Shown here one piece after another: positions 19,546-30,387 of a stretch of 64,000 nt of DNA (its first letter is position 1; each line of letters begins with the position of its first letter). The notes under the pieces were generated by a model. That model worked only from the letters and a program-made list of their open reading frames with translations. It was not told where the DNA came from and made no database searches. Origin of the DNA: Nibricoccus sp. (lineage in GTDB: Bacteria; Verrucomicrobiota; Verrucomicrobiia; Opitutales; Opitutaceae); contig JASGHG010000001.1 of the NCBI GenBank assembly GCA_047602425.1, positions 800,001 through 864,000 of the forward strand, in the 5' to 3' direction. A program made the translations under genes and the position numbers.

Positions 19546-21432
19546 ATGCCCATTAAACGCGTCCTACCCATTGGCGCGGAATTGCAGACGGGGGGCGGCG
19601 TTCACTTTCGCATCTGGGCTCCAAATTCGAAGAGAGCGCATGCCGAACGCCATGCAGGTTCCGATTCGGCTCCAACCGCGGCGACGCCGCTCACCGCGGA
19701 AGGAAATGGATATTTTTCCGGGCTGGCGGCCGATTTTAAACCGGGCGATCTCTATAAGTTCCGCCTCGATGGTGGTTCGTTTCCCGATCCCGCTTCACGC
19801 TTTCAACCTTTCGGTCCGCATGGTCCCTCGCAGGTGATCGATCCCGGTGCGTTCCGCTGGACTGATCAGCAATGGCGCGGTCTGCCACGTGGCGCCTTGG
19901 TGATGTATGAATTGCATCTCGGCACGTTCACCACGGAAGGAAGCTGGAGCGCAGCGGAACAACAATTACCCGAACTAAAAAGAATCGGCATAACCGCGGT
20001 GGAGATCATGCCCATTGCCGATTTTCCGGGAGATTTTGGCTGGGGTTACGATGGCGTGAATCTGTTCGCACCCTGCCGGCTCTATGGAAAGCCTGACGAT
20101 GTACGCCAGTTCGTGAACCGGGCGCACGAACTGGGCCTGATGGTCTTTCTCGACGTCGTCTACAACCACTTGGGACCGGACGGCAACTACCTCGGACAGT
20201 TCTCCAAATTCTACGTTCATGCGTCGAAGAAGTCGGAATGGGGAGACACTTTGAATTTCGATGGCGAAGAATCGGCCCCCGTGCGCGAATTTTTTCTGAG
20301 CAACGTCCGGTATTGGATCGAGGAATTCCACTTTGATGGACTGCGGCTCGACGCCGTTCAAGCGATTCACGATAGCTCCGCCACGCATATTCTCGCGGAC
20401 ATTTCTCGCACGGCCGCCGAGGCCGGACAAGGGCGCTCCATCATCGTTGTCGCTGAAAACGCCAATCAGGAGGCACACCTGGTGCGCTCGTATGAGCGAA
20501 ACGGATACGGCCTCCACGCCGTTTGGAACGACGATTTTCACCACAGCGCCATGGTGGCGGCGACAGCGCACGCTGACGCCTACTACTCTGACTTCAAAGG
20601 CTCCGCCCAGGAACTTGTCTCGGTTCTGAAGTATGGTTATTTATACCAAGGCCAAGGATCACGGTGGCTGAAGAATCCGCTGGGAACTCCGGCCTTCGAT
20701 CTCAAGCCCCGGAATTTCGTCAACTACCTCCAAAACCACGACCAGGTGGCGAATTCGTTGCGAGGCGCCCGCCTGCACCAGCTCACGTCGCCGGGGAAGG
20801 CCCGCGTTTTCACCGCGCTCCTCCTCTTGGGACCGGCGATCCCGCTGCTTTTTCAAGGCCAGGAGTTCTCCGCCTCCTCGCCTTTCGTTTACTTCGCTCA
20901 CCATACGAAAGAGCTAAACGTCCTAATCCGCGAGGGGCGCACGAAATTCATCCACCAATTCCGCGCGATTGCCGCGCAGCCTCACCCGGACTTCCCTGCC
21001 GATCCGTCCTCCGCCGAAACCTTCAAAAGCTGCAAACTGGATTTTAGCGAACGTCAGCGGAACAAAGCCGCTTACCAGCTGCACGAGGATCTGCTGCGTA
21101 TCCGGCGCGACGATAAAACCATCGCCCAACCGGAGCGAGTGGATGGCGCGCTTCTTGACCACGACGCATTTCTCCTGCGGTTCTTTTCGTCAAATGGCGA
21201 GGACAGGCTCCTACTCGTGAACCTCGGTTGCGATCTGATCCTCGGCACGGTTGCCGAACCCCTGCTCGCCCCGCTTGCCGGTTGTAGTTGGAAAGCGCTT
21301 TGGTCGAGTGAAGCTATTGAATATGGCGGGGGCGGCACTGCTCCGCTCGAAACCTCAACTGGCTGCAGTATACCCGGCCATGCGGCCGTCTTGCTTGGGC
21401 CTGAAACGAAATGCCGCTCACCCCAGAGTTGA
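19546..21432 (+). CDS. treZ: Malto-oligosyltrehalose trehalohydrolase
   Basis: PDPASRFQP.GPHGPS, YELHLGTFT, WGYDGV, GLRLDAV, WNDDFHH, QNHDQV. Confidence 0.92.
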   Translation: MPIKRVLPIGAELQTGGGVHFRIWAPNSKRAHAERHAGSDSAPTAATPLTAEGNGYFSGLAADFKPGDLYKFRLDGGSFPDPASRFQPFGPHGPSQVIDPGAFRWTDQQWRGLPRGALVMYELHLGTFTTEGSWSAAEQQLPELKRIGITAVEIMPIADFPGDFGWGYDGVNLFAPCRLYGKPDDVRQFVNRAHELGLMVFLDVVYNHLGPDGNYLGQFSKFYVHASKKSEWGDTLNFDGEESAPVREFFLSNVRYWIEEFHFDGLRLDAVQAIHDSSATHILADISRTAAEAGQGRSIIVVAENANQEAHLVRSYERNGYGLHAVWNDDFHHSAMVAATAHADAYYSDFKGSAQELVSVLKYGYLYQGQGSRWLKNPLGTPAFDLKPRNFVNYLQNHDQVANSLRGARLHQLTSPGKARVFTALLLLGPAIPLLFQGQEFSASSPFVYFAHHTKELNVLIREGRTKFIHQFRAIAAQPHPDFPADPSSAETFKSCKLDFSERQRNKAAYQLHEDLLRIRRDDKTIAQPERVDGALLDHDAFLLRFFSSNGEDRLLLVNLGCDLILGTVAEPLLAPLAGCSWKALWSSEAIEYGGGGTAPLETSTGCSIPGHAAVLLGPETKCRSPQS

Positions 21433-23474
21433 ATTTATCGAGGAAAATCGATTTCTCCTCGATCGCGCCGGATCGGCTGCAACCTTTGCTCAACAGCCAA
21501 TGGCTGGTGACTAATGGTTTGGGCGGTTATGCTTCAGGCACCATCGCCGGCACCGTGACGTGGCGTTACCATGGGATCCTGATCGCGGCCCTCCCCGCTC
21601 CCTTGGGGCGTACTTTGATGCTCAATCATTTGGTCGAGCATCTCCGGCTTCCCGATCGTACCCTGATTCAATTCGGCGGTGCCGAACCCTCCGCACCGAA
21701 CGATACATCAGGTCCAAACTTTGTCGCCGAATTCCGCCTGGAAAATCAAATTCCGATCTGGCGCTACGATATCAACGGCATCTCGCTCGAAAAACGGCTC
21801 GTGATGCCTTACCTGCAAAACACCGTTCACCTGACTTACACGCTCCTGTCGGAAATTGAGGGATGCTCGTTGGAGTTGCGCCCGGCCCTGCACTTCCGGT
21901 CGCTCGAGGCAGCGGTCAACATGCCCTATGAGAATCAATACGAGGTTCGTCTTTCTGACCGAAATTTCGAAATAGAATCCCACCGCGGACATCCGCCGCT
22001 CCGTTTGTCCATTGACTCACCGGATGCCGTTTTCGTGTACAATGGAGGAACGCTCCGCACCCTCTTCTACGAATTGGAGGCGGAACGCGGGTATGATTCG
22101 AGAGGAACCTTGTGGTCACCCGGGCATTTTTCGATACCACTATCGCGCCAAAGGCCGACCACCCTCATCGCCTCGGCGGAAACGTGGAGAACCATCAACG
22201 CCCTTGATGCCTCCACGGCATATGCCATCGAAATGGAGCGGCGAAAACGGCTGCTCCGCATCGCCGATCCACGGGCGCAAAAGGGCGCCGCCGCCGAACT
22301 CGTTCTCGCCGCCGACCAGTTCATCATCTCGCCCGTCGGTCGCATCAGCGATGCCGCGCGAGCCAAGGCCGCTGGCGACGAATTGCGGAGTGTGATTGCC
22401 GGTTATCATTGGTTTACCGACTGGGGCCGAGATACGATGATCAGCCTCGAGGGCCTCACATTGACCACGGGCCGCCACCAGGAAGCCGAATGGATTCTCA
22501 AAACTTTTGCTCAATACGTATCCGATGGCCTGATACCCAATATGTTTCCCGAGGGGAAAAATGTGGGTGTGTATCACACCGCCGATGCCACCCTCTGGTT
22601 TTTCCACGCCATCGACCGTTATTTGCAGGTCACGGACGATCGCGAAATTCTCAAAACGCTTCTGCCGGTTTTGGAAGACATCGTCGCTCATCACCTGCGC
22701 GGCACGCGTTTTGGCATCGGCGTCGACAGCAAAGACGGCCTGCTGGATCAGGGCGCTCCTGGTTTTCAACTCACCTGGATGGACGCAAAAGTCGGCGACT
22801 GGGTCGTAACGCCCCGGCGGGGCAAGGCCGTGGAAATCAATGCGCTTTGGTACAATGCGCTGCGGCTCCTGGAAAACTGGCTGACGGCGGACGGCAAACA
22901 AGACAAGGCGCGTGCGCTTGCCGAACACTCACAGCAAACTAAAACCTCCTTCAATGCCCGTTTCTGGAATGAATCCCTGAATTGCTTGTACGACGTGGTG
23001 GACGGCGAACAAGGCGACGATCCGACTCTGCGACCGAACCAGTTGATAGCTTTTTCGCTTCCCCATCCCGTCCTGGAGGAACGCTATTGGGAACCCGTCC
23101 TGCGCACGGTGGAGAAAGAGCTGCTGACACCGGTTGGCCTTCGCACGCTCAACCGGGGCGACAAGGATTTTAAGGCGAAATATTTTGGCGACATTCGTGC
23201 GCGGGACGCAGCGTACCATCAGGGCACGGTCTGGGCGTGGTTGATCGGTCCTTTTATCAACGCCTGGCTCAAGGTTCGTCCGGACGATTATGCCGGTGCC
23301 CGCAAACGCCTGGAAGGTTTCGCTCCTCAGCTCAGCGCCGGTTGCATCGGATCCATCGCCGAGATTTTTGACGGCGAAGCTCCGTTTAAAGAACGTGGAT
23401 GCATCGCCCAGGCGTGGAGCGTCGCGGAGGTATTGAGGTGCTTTGTTCTTACCGCCACTGAACCTTCAAAATGA
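21411..23474 (+). CDS. Amylo-alpha-1,6-glucosidase (GDE-type debranching enzyme)
   Basis: WLVTNGLGGYASGT, AGYHWFTDWGRDTMISL, LTWMDAK, YHQGTVWAW, QAWSVAE. Confidence 0.92.
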   Translation: MPLTPELNLSRKIDFSSIAPDRLQPLLNSQWLVTNGLGGYASGTIAGTVTWRYHGILIAALPAPLGRTLMLNHLVEHLRLPDRTLIQFGGAEPSAPNDTSGPNFVAEFRLENQIPIWRYDINGISLEKRLVMPYLQNTVHLTYTLLSEIEGCSLELRPALHFRSLEAAVNMPYENQYEVRLSDRNFEIESHRGHPPLRLSIDSPDAVFVYNGGTLRTLFYELEAERGYDSRGTLWSPGHFSIPLSRQRPTTLIASAETWRTINALDASTAYAIEMERRKRLLRIADPRAQKGAAAELVLAADQFIISPVGRISDAARAKAAGDELRSVIAGYHWFTDWGRDTMISLEGLTLTTGRHQEAEWILKTFAQYVSDGLIPNMFPEGKNVGVYHTADATLWFFHAIDRYLQVTDDREILKTLLPVLEDIVAHHLRGTRFGIGVDSKDGLLDQGAPGFQLTWMDAKVGDWVVTPRRGKAVEINALWYNALRLLENWLTADGKQDKARALAEHSQQTKTSFNARFWNESLNCLYDVVDGEQGDDPTLRPNQLIAFSLPHPVLEERYWEPVLRTVEKELLTPVGLRTLNRGDKDFKAKYFGDIRARDAAYHQGTVWAWLIGPFINAWLKVRPDDYAGARKRLEGFAPQLSAGCIGSIAEIFDGEAPFKERGCIAQAWSVAEVLRCFVLTATEPSK

Positions 23475-23488
23475 TCTAGTTCGGCAGA

Positions 23489-25186
23489 CTAGCGTCGATA
23501 TCGTTTCTCACTCTTGTAATCCGAGAGAATGATGCTGATCAGGAGCCAGACAGCTCCTCCCGCGGCCGCGAGAAAGCAGAGGATCGCCAGACCGGGAAAC
23601 CCGAAAAGCGTGAAGCGCGTCGGCACTCGCATCAGAAGCGACGCACCAATAATCAGACTGGCCAGGACCAACCCCGTGGTGATGCGGTTGGCGATTTTTT
23701 GCATGCCATCCATCACCACTTTCGCGTCGGCCGATGTGACCTTAAGTTCGAGCTCCGAATTTGTAATGGTATCAATGATACGATTGAGCCGCGTGGGCAG
23801 TCCGGCGGTAAACTCTTTCACCTCCAGGAGGGAGCTGTAGATGCTTCCCTGGGTCAGTTCCTTTTTCATCCGCCTGGACAAGAGTTCGGTGCTGTTTCTC
23901 CGCACAGAACCGCTGGCATCGAATTTCGGGTCGAGGATGCGTCCAACCTCGTCGAGTTGCAGCATGGTCTTGGCCAGCAACACCAGCTCGCTAGGTACAA
24001 TGAGGCTGTTTGACTGCGCGATGCCGCTCACCTCGAGAAGCGATCGGCCGACGTTCAACTGCTCAAGTCCCCGGTCCCGTTGCGACGCGACCAACTGGGT
24101 GATCCGGTGGCGGAAGTCGGGGGCGTTGAAATCGGGCAATTTCTGACTCATCCGAATGGCAAGGTCCGCCGCCGCTTCGCCATTCCCTTCGCTGACGGCG
24201 AGCAGGATCTTCAACAGATTCTCCTGCATGGTCGGCGCCGTATGCCCAACCATTCCCAAATCGATCAGCGCGATGCGTCCGTCGTTCGTCACAAAGACGT
24301 TTCCCGGATGCGGATCGGCGTGAAACAGTCCGTCGAGCAATACTTGCTGCAAGTATGCCTTGAAGAGTTCCTCCGCCAACGCCGTTCCGTCGAGCTCCAT
24401 CAACGCAAGCGGACTGAGGCTCGTGATTTTCTGCCCTTGCACCTCCTCCATGGTCAGCACACGCCGGGTGCAAAAATCCGGTATCGGTTTGGGCACCTGG
24501 ATCAGACTGAATTCCTTTAGATTATTACCGATAGTAACTAGGTTGTGCGCTTCCCTTTCGTAATCGAGCTCCTGCCGGATCACCAAACGGAATTCCTCCA
24601 GCGTGACACGAAACCGCTTCTTTCGCCCGAGCTCCGTGTGATCGTCGATGAAGCCCGCAATCTGTTCCAAGACTTCAAAATCTTCCGCGATCTGCCGGCG
24701 AATGCCGGGGCGTTGAACCTTGACGACGACGCGCCGTCCATCTCGCAAAGCCGCGCGATGCACCTGCCCCAGCGAGGCCGCAGCCAGTGGATTCTCGTCG
24801 AAAAACGAAAAGCCCTTCGAGATGCGCACGCCCAGTTCCTCCATCACCGTTTGTTCAACGTCCTTAAAAGGAAACGGTTTTACCCTGTCTTGCAGACGCG
24901 AAAGCGCGGTCAAATATTTCTCCGGAAATAAATCGGGGCGCCCAGCCAAGACCTGCCCGAGTTTGATATAGGTCGGCCCCATTGCCTCAAGATCGTCCGC
25001 CAGATGTTCCGGAGACGGGGCGCGTGCGTCTTCCGTGCCATTTCCGCCCAAAACGCCCTCGCCTTCCTCGCGATCGCCGAATTCTTCATCCTGCGCAATC
25101 TGACGCGCCAAATCCGACCGTCCATATTTCAACAGGAGGGATACAATTTCGCGATAGCGGGAAAAGTGTGCGGTCTTGAATTTCAT
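23489..25186 (-). CDS. ABC1/UbiB family atypical kinase
   Basis: GPTYIKLGQ, AAASLGQVH, VKVQRP, HADPHPGN, DLGM; C-terminal TMs. Confidence 0.92.
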   Translation of the reverse strand: MKFKTAHFSRYREIVSLLLKYGRSDLARQIAQDEEFGDREEGEGVLGGNGTEDARAPSPEHLADDLEAMGPTYIKLGQVLAGRPDLFPEKYLTALSRLQDRVKPFPFKDVEQTVMEELGVRISKGFSFFDENPLAAASLGQVHRAALRDGRRVVVKVQRPGIRRQIAEDFEVLEQIAGFIDDHTELGRKKRFRVTLEEFRLVIRQELDYEREAHNLVTIGNNLKEFSLIQVPKPIPDFCTRRVLTMEEVQGQKITSLSPLALMELDGTALAEELFKAYLQQVLLDGLFHADPHPGNVFVTNDGRIALIDLGMVGHTAPTMQENLLKILLAVSEGNGEAAADLAIRMSQKLPDFNAPDFRHRITQLVASQRDRGLEQLNVGRSLLEVSGIAQSNSLIVPSELVLLAKTMLQLDEVGRILDPKFDASGSVRRNSTELLSRRMKKELTQGSIYSSLLEVKEFTAGLPTRLNRIIDTITNSELELKVTSADAKVVMDGMQKIANRITTGLVLASLIIGASLLMRVPTRFTLFGFPGLAILCFLAAAGGAVWLLISIILSDYKSEKRYRR

Positions 25187-25274
25187 ATTTGACGATTCTG
25201 GATATTATTTCGGATGCGGTCACGGAACCGCGCTCTTCAACGGCTTTCTAGCACTGCTACATCCCAATCCGCCC

Positions 25275-25595
25275 ATGTTCCAAGCAGCCAAAGACGCTAT
25301 AACCAGCAAAGCCGCCCAAAAGTGGGTGAACGATTTTATTTCGCGATACGGCGTCGTCCACGAGTTGAGAATCGATTCGAAACAGAAGACCGTTTCCTTC
25401 ACCGTGCAACTCCAGGGCGAAGTCTCTCCTGTCACAGTTTCGGTCGGAAAATATGAAGTCGAAACCGAGCAAGGGCGCTCGTATGTGCGCGCTTCGTCGT
25501 TCGATTCCAGCCGCCCGTGGTTGAGGGAGGTCCTGAACGACCATGCGTCGAATCGTCGCATCGAGTTGCCCTCGTGGGCCGCAGCCGCGCTCTGA
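25275..25595 (+). CDS. Hypothetical protein
   Basis: Protein-like 106-aa ORF MFQAAKDAI... divergent from the kinase. Confidence 0.65.
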   Translation: MFQAAKDAITSKAAQKWVNDFISRYGVVHELRIDSKQKTVSFTVQLQGEVSPVTVSVGKYEVETEQGRSYVRASSFDSSRPWLREVLNDHASNRRIELPSWAAAAL

Positions 25596-25612
25596 CGCCG
25601 GATGCAAGCCGG

Positions 25613-25768
25613 TTAAATCCTCGTTCGCCCTCCGCCGGCCAAATAGGCGATCAGGACAATCAGAAGGATCAGGCCAATCGTGCTGCCACCGATCACGGGG
25701 CCGCCGAAGTAGAAACCGCCGCCGCCAAATAACAGCAGCAGAATGATGACAAGGAGGAGTGAGTTCAT
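25613..25768 (-). CDS. Small membrane protein (DUF3309-like)
   Basis: Manual translation MNSLLLVIILLLLFGGGGFYFGGPVIGGSTIGLILLIVLIAYLAGGGRTRI; below ORF-track cutoff. Confidence 0.8.
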   Translation of the reverse strand: MNSLLLVIILLLLFGGGGFYFGGPVIGGSTIGLILLIVLIAYLAGGGRTRI

Positions 25769-26054
25769 GCTCAGAATCCTACCTTTTCGAGCGAAACTTC
25801 ACCATGGGGCAATCTCCGGGGCACGCGATAGGCAGTTGTCGGTGAGTTCTAGTTGGCGCCGCATTTTTGCCGGTCGGTAGAAATGACGGTGGCTTTTCGG
25901 GAGCGCCGCCCCATGGAAGAAATTATCGGAAGCGGCTAACATAGCCGGACTTCGGTCCTTGCGTGAACAGCGCAAGGTCGGTCCTAAACCATTTATCAGT
26001 CCCAACAATTGGAACTCACAATCTCTCAATCCCTCCAAGCACCCCTCCTGTCCC

Positions 26055-27218
26055 ATGAGCATAGCTACCACTTCACATTTCAAAAAACGCCCTGCGAAGA
26101 AAACTGCGGCCAAAGGAGATAACCGAACCATCCGTTACGCGGTTGTCGGACTTGGCCATATCAGTCAGGCTGCTGTGCTGCCTGCGTTCGCCCATACGAA
26201 AAACTCCGAACTCACGGCGCTCGTTTCCGGGGATGGGACAAAGTTGAAAGCCCTGAAAAAGAAATACGGGGTCGAAAAGGTTTACAGCTACGAGGAGTAC
26301 AGCCAATGCCTGGCCGATCCCGAGATCGATGCCGTTTACATTGCATTGCCCAACGATCTTCACTGCGAGTATGCGTTGCGGGCCGCGGCGGCGGGAAAGC
26401 ATATTCTCTGCGAAAAACCGCTCGCGGACACCGCGCGCGACGCGGAATTGATGACCTCCGTGGCAAAACACCACGGCGTGCTTCTGATGACTGCTTACCG
26501 GTTGCATTTTGAACCGGGAACTTTGGCTTCATTGGAATTGGTTCGTTCCGGAAAAATCGGGGAGGTCCGTTATTTTAACTCCTCCTTTAGTTATCAACTC
26601 ACCGACAACGAAAACATCCGTCTCGACTCCGCGCGCGCAGGCGGTCCTCTGCTCGATATCGGAATCTATTGTATCAACGCCTGCCGGATGTTGTTCGGCG
26701 ACGAACCGACGGAGGTTTCCGCATTTTTTTCGCGCGATCAGGATCCACGCTTTCGCGAGGTGGAAAAATCCGCCGCGGTGATTTTGCGTTTCCCGCGCGG
26801 CAAGCTCGGCGCCTTCACCATCAGCTTCGACGCCGCATCGATGTCCCGGGCCGAAGTCGTGGGTTCAAAGGGCAGCCTCGTCCTCGAGCCAGCTTACGAA
26901 TACGAGGAAGGGCTGAAACAAGTCGTAACGATCGACGAAAAACCAGAGACCAAAAAGTTTCCGAAAACCGATCAGTTCGCTGCCGAAATCGAGGTTTTCT
27001 CCAATTGCATCGTCAATGGCCGCGAACCCGAACCATCAGGTGAAGAAGGAATCGCCGATTTGCGCGTGATCGATGCGATCTTCGAATCCGCCGCCACCGG
27101 GCGCGCCGTGAGCCTGCCGTCTTTTAAACGACGCCGTCACGCCGATTCAAACCGGGCCTTGCGAAAACCGCCCACCACAACACCGCGAATCGTCAAGGCC
27201 ACGGCTCCTCACAACTGA
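26055..27218 (+). CDS. Gfo/Idh/MocA family oxidoreductase
   Basis: YAVVGLG, IDAVYIALPN.LH, GKHILCEKP, GGPLLDIGIY. Confidence 0.92.
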   Translation: MSIATTSHFKKRPAKKTAAKGDNRTIRYAVVGLGHISQAAVLPAFAHTKNSELTALVSGDGTKLKALKKKYGVEKVYSYEEYSQCLADPEIDAVYIALPNDLHCEYALRAAAAGKHILCEKPLADTARDAELMTSVAKHHGVLLMTAYRLHFEPGTLASLELVRSGKIGEVRYFNSSFSYQLTDNENIRLDSARAGGPLLDIGIYCINACRMLFGDEPTEVSAFFSRDQDPRFREVEKSAAVILRFPRGKLGAFTISFDAASMSRAEVVGSKGSLVLEPAYEYEEGLKQVVTIDEKPETKKFPKTDQFAAEIEVFSNCIVNGREPEPSGEEGIADLRVIDAIFESAATGRAVSLPSFKRRRHADSNRALRKPPTTTPRIVKATAPHN

Positions 27219-27240
27219 GATCCCTCCCACTCCATAAAAA

Positions 27241-28740
27241 ATGAAATCTTACTGGCATCAGGCGGAAAAAAATCGCCGTTATCCGAAACTGGATCGCGAT
27301 CTCAAGGTCGATGTCGCCATTATTGGCGGGGGAATCACAGGTATAACCGCCGCCTATCTCCTAAAGCAACGGGGGCTCAGCGTTGCGGTCATCGAACGCG
27401 AATATATTGGCGGAGGGATGACAGGCCAAACCACCGCCCATCTCACCTGCGAGATCGATCAACGTCTTCACGAGCTTGAAAAAAGTTTTGGTCCTTCCAC
27501 GGCGCGCGACGTCTGGTACGCCGGCGCGGCTGCGATTCATCAAATTTCGGAGCTGGTCCGCACCCTCGGCATCGATTGCAATTTCCAATGGGTGCCAGGG
27601 ATTTACTACGCGGCCAGCACCGACGATTATGGGCTTGTCGAAAAGGAAGCCCAGACCGCACGCGCCCTGCATATAGCGAGTGAGCTACGCTCGCACGTGC
27701 CTTTTTTTAATGCGCCCGGCGTTATTTTTCCTAACCAGGCGAAATTTCATCCCTTGCATTATCTCGCGGGAATCCTGCGCCACTTGGAAACGAGCGGCTG
27801 CGAAATATTCGAACAAACAGGCGTGACTGAAATCGAAGACGACCCGCTCGTGCTTACCACTCCCCACGGCAAAATCACCTGCGGTCATGTCGTCATCGCC
27901 ACGCACTACCCTCTTTCTGGAACTGCCGGGGCATTGCGCACGGTTCTGTTCCAGACCAAGCTCGCGCCTTACAGCACGTATGTCATCGGCGGCGAGGTGC
28001 CGAAAGGAACGATTCCCGACGCCCTTTTCTGGGACACGCACGACCCCTATCACTATTTGCGAATCGAAAGTGGCGACGACACCGACTATGCGATCTTTGG
28101 CGGCGGCGACCACAAAACCGGCCAGATGCACGACCCAGCGACCATTTACCAAAAACTCAAGGAACGTCTCTGGAAATTCGCCCCCGCCGCGTTTGTCGAT
28201 AATGAATGGAGTGGGCAGGTGATCGAAACGACGGACGGCTTGCCCTACATCGGTTATATCTCCGGCCGGCAATTCATCTCCACCGGTTACTCCGGCAATG
28301 GAATGACCTTCGGGACGCTCGGCGCCATGATGGCGACCGACGCGATCATGGGAAAGGAAAACCATTGGAGTAAATTATTCTCGCCCGATCGCGTCAGGAT
28401 TCGAGGCAGTGCCGGGACATACATCGACGAAAACAAGGACTATCCCATTAATTTGCTTTGCGGGTGGTTGAAATCCACGGACAACCGAAAACCCATCGAA
28501 CTGGCGGTTGATGAAGGTTCGATTTTCAGTGTAAACGGTCAAAGAATGGCCGTGTACAAAAGCAAAGACGGGATGCTGCACTACCATTCGGCGGTCTGCA
28601 CGCATCTGGGTTGTATTGTGGCGTGGAATCCGGCGGAAAAAACCTGGGATTGCCCCTGCCACGGCTCGCGTTTTCACGCCACAGGCGAAGTCATGGCCGG
28701 TCCGGCCGAGCGACCGTTGGAAAAATTCCCTCCGCCTTGA
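27241..28740 (+). CDS. FAD-dependent oxidoreductase with C-terminal Rieske domain (YhfW-like)
   Basis: IGGGITG; CTHLGC and [11 protein letters not shown]ieske motifs. Confidence 0.93.
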   Translation: MKSYWHQAEKNRRYPKLDRDLKVDVAIIGGGITGITAAYLLKQRGLSVAVIEREYIGGGMTGQTTAHLTCEIDQRLHELEKSFGPSTARDVWYAGAAAIHQISELVRTLGIDCNFQWVPGIYYAASTDDYGLVEKEAQTARALHIASELRSHVPFFNAPGVIFPNQAKFHPLHYLAGILRHLETSGCEIFEQTGVTEIEDDPLVLTTPHGKITCGHVVIATHYPLSGTAGALRTVLFQTKLAPYSTYVIGGEVPKGTIPDALFWDTHDPYHYLRIESGDDTDYAIFGGGDHKTGQMHDPATIYQKLKERLWKFAPAAFVDNEWSGQVIETTDGLPYIGYISGRQFISTGYSGNGMTFGTLGAMMATDAIMGKENHWSKLFSPDRVRIRGSAGTYIDENKDYPINLLCGWLKSTDNRKPIELAVDEGSIFSVNGQRMAVYKSKDGMLHYHSAVCTHLGCIVAWNPAEKTWDCPCHGSRFHATGEVMAGPAERPLEKFPPP

Positions 28741-28746
28741 GCACGT

Positions 28747-28959
28747 TCAGGCCGGAGGCGTGCGTGACTTCGCTTCTTCGATCTCTTTCGAAGAATTCAC
28801 CACCGACTGGTCAGGGTTGGCTTCGTCCGCATAGGGCTGCGAAGGCGTTACGTGCGGACCCAGCGAGCCTCGATTGGTGCGAGTGCTCCTCGAAAAAAAG
28901 ATGGCGGCAATAACAACAAGCACAGCCGCGCCGCAGATGATTAACAAAATATAGCCCAT
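28747..28959 (-). CDS. Small single-TM hypothetical protein
   Basis: MGYILLIICGAAVLVVIAAIFF then a polar tail. Confidence 0.6.
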   Translation of the reverse strand: MGYILLIICGAAVLVVIAAIFFSRSTRTNRGSLGPHVTPSQPYADEANPDQSVVNSSKEIEEAKSRTPPA

Positions 28960-29199
28960 GGCCGACGGTACGCCATGGATGAAAGATGAACTATCGGCGA
29001 TTCTCCGCGGCGAATCATCATCTTTTTCGCGAACTTCATATCCACGGTGATGTGCATGGCTACACCCAACGCGGCAGTAGCGCAGCGGCACAATGAATCA
29101 GATTCGTTCTGCGAGCGTTTTCACGCGGGATTTTTTCCGGAGATAGAACCCTCACTGCCCCCCATGGAATCCGTTGCCCGCGCCGTTTAAAATATCGAT

Positions 29200-29838
29200 A
29201 TGCCCATTAACAAAGATCAGCTCACGAGCATTGCCGAACACTTCCTCCGCGTTACGCCCATGATCGTCTTGATCGTGATCGGAGCTATCCTTCTCAATAT
29301 TATTTTAGGTCGGCTGCTGGGCCTTCTTGCTCATAAAACCAGTCTCACGCCCAAGGAGATCGGCCCCGCCCGCACCCTCATCAATTGGCTCATCTATCTC
29401 GCCGCGCTTGTGTTTATATTGCAGGCGTTCGGCTTCAATATAGGCGGTCTGTGGGGCATGCTTTCAACGCTGTTCGCCATGGTGGCCATCGGCTTCGTCG
29501 CGATGTGGAGTATCTTGAGCAACAGTCTTTGCACCGTGCTCATCCTCATCTTTCGGCCGTTTTCGGTCGGAGACGAAATCGAGTTCCCTGGAGAACCGGT
29601 GAAAGGCCGGGTCGTCGATCTAAATTTTATCTACACGACAATAGAAGTGGAACCGGGCGTGGTGATCCAAATTCCCAACAACTTCTTTTTTCAAAAGAAC
29701 CTCAAACGCCGGCATAGTGCCGCTTCCATCTCACTGGCTGACCAGCTGAGGACCAAGGCGCCCCAGATGTCCCAGGCCGAGGAACAAGCGGCGCTGCGTG
29801 CGGCCATCGCTTCGCCCACCGCTCAAAACCATCCGTAA
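29200..29838 (+). CDS. Mechanosensitive channel, MscS family (short)
   Basis: 3 TMs, RPFSVGDEI, G.VVDLN..YT, IPNN. Confidence 0.88.
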   Translation: MPINKDQLTSIAEHFLRVTPMIVLIVIGAILLNIILGRLLGLLAHKTSLTPKEIGPARTLINWLIYLAALVFILQAFGFNIGGLWGMLSTLFAMVAIGFVAMWSILSNSLCTVLILIFRPFSVGDEIEFPGEPVKGRVVDLNFIYTTIEVEPGVVIQIPNNFFFQKNLKRRHSAASISLADQLRTKAPQMSQAEEQAALRAAIASPTAQNHP

Positions 29839-29889
29839 CCAACAATAAGATGCCGTGAAACCACGGCCTTGGATTTAAAGGAGTGCATC

Positions 29890-30294
29890 ATGAACAAAAA
29901 GCAACCGCCAAAAGGCAAAGTCCTTCTGCATGGCAAGGGCATAGGCGCCGTCACCAAAAGCGACATCGAGCGTCGCGCACGGGAACTTGCGGCCTTGGCC
30001 GGCCATCCCGCCCAACCGGAGTTCACCGAGAAATATCTCGCTCAAGCCAAACGTGAGTTAAGCGGCGAAAATCTGCCGCCGACCACCGATGAAGCGGACG
30101 AGATTCCGCAGGCGATCAGCCGCGACCCCTCGGAACCGGTCGCGCAATTTGGCCATCAAGTCCCGGACATGGAGGAGCCAAACGAGCAGACGACCCTGGA
30201 AAATCTCGCCGAGGAGGGCGTGGAAGAGGCTCAGCACGAGCAAATGCTCGCAGCCCGAAAACGCGCACAGCAGGAAGACAACGAGCAGACTTAA
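29890..30294 (+). CDS. Hypothetical protein with DUF2934-like helix
   Basis: AAGGAG RBS; DIERRARELA...G...AQAKREL. Confidence 0.7.
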   Translation: MNKKQPPKGKVLLHGKGIGAVTKSDIERRARELAALAGHPAQPEFTEKYLAQAKRELSGENLPPTTDEADEIPQAISRDPSEPVAQFGHQVPDMEEPNEQTTLENLAEEGVEEAQHEQMLAARKRAQQEDNEQT

Positions 30295-30387
30295 CTTCGT
30301 CACAAGTAACTCTCGCGAAAAATACCGGGATCACGAAACGGGTCCGTCCCGATACGGACCCGCGGCTTTTCATGCTATGTTGAAAAT

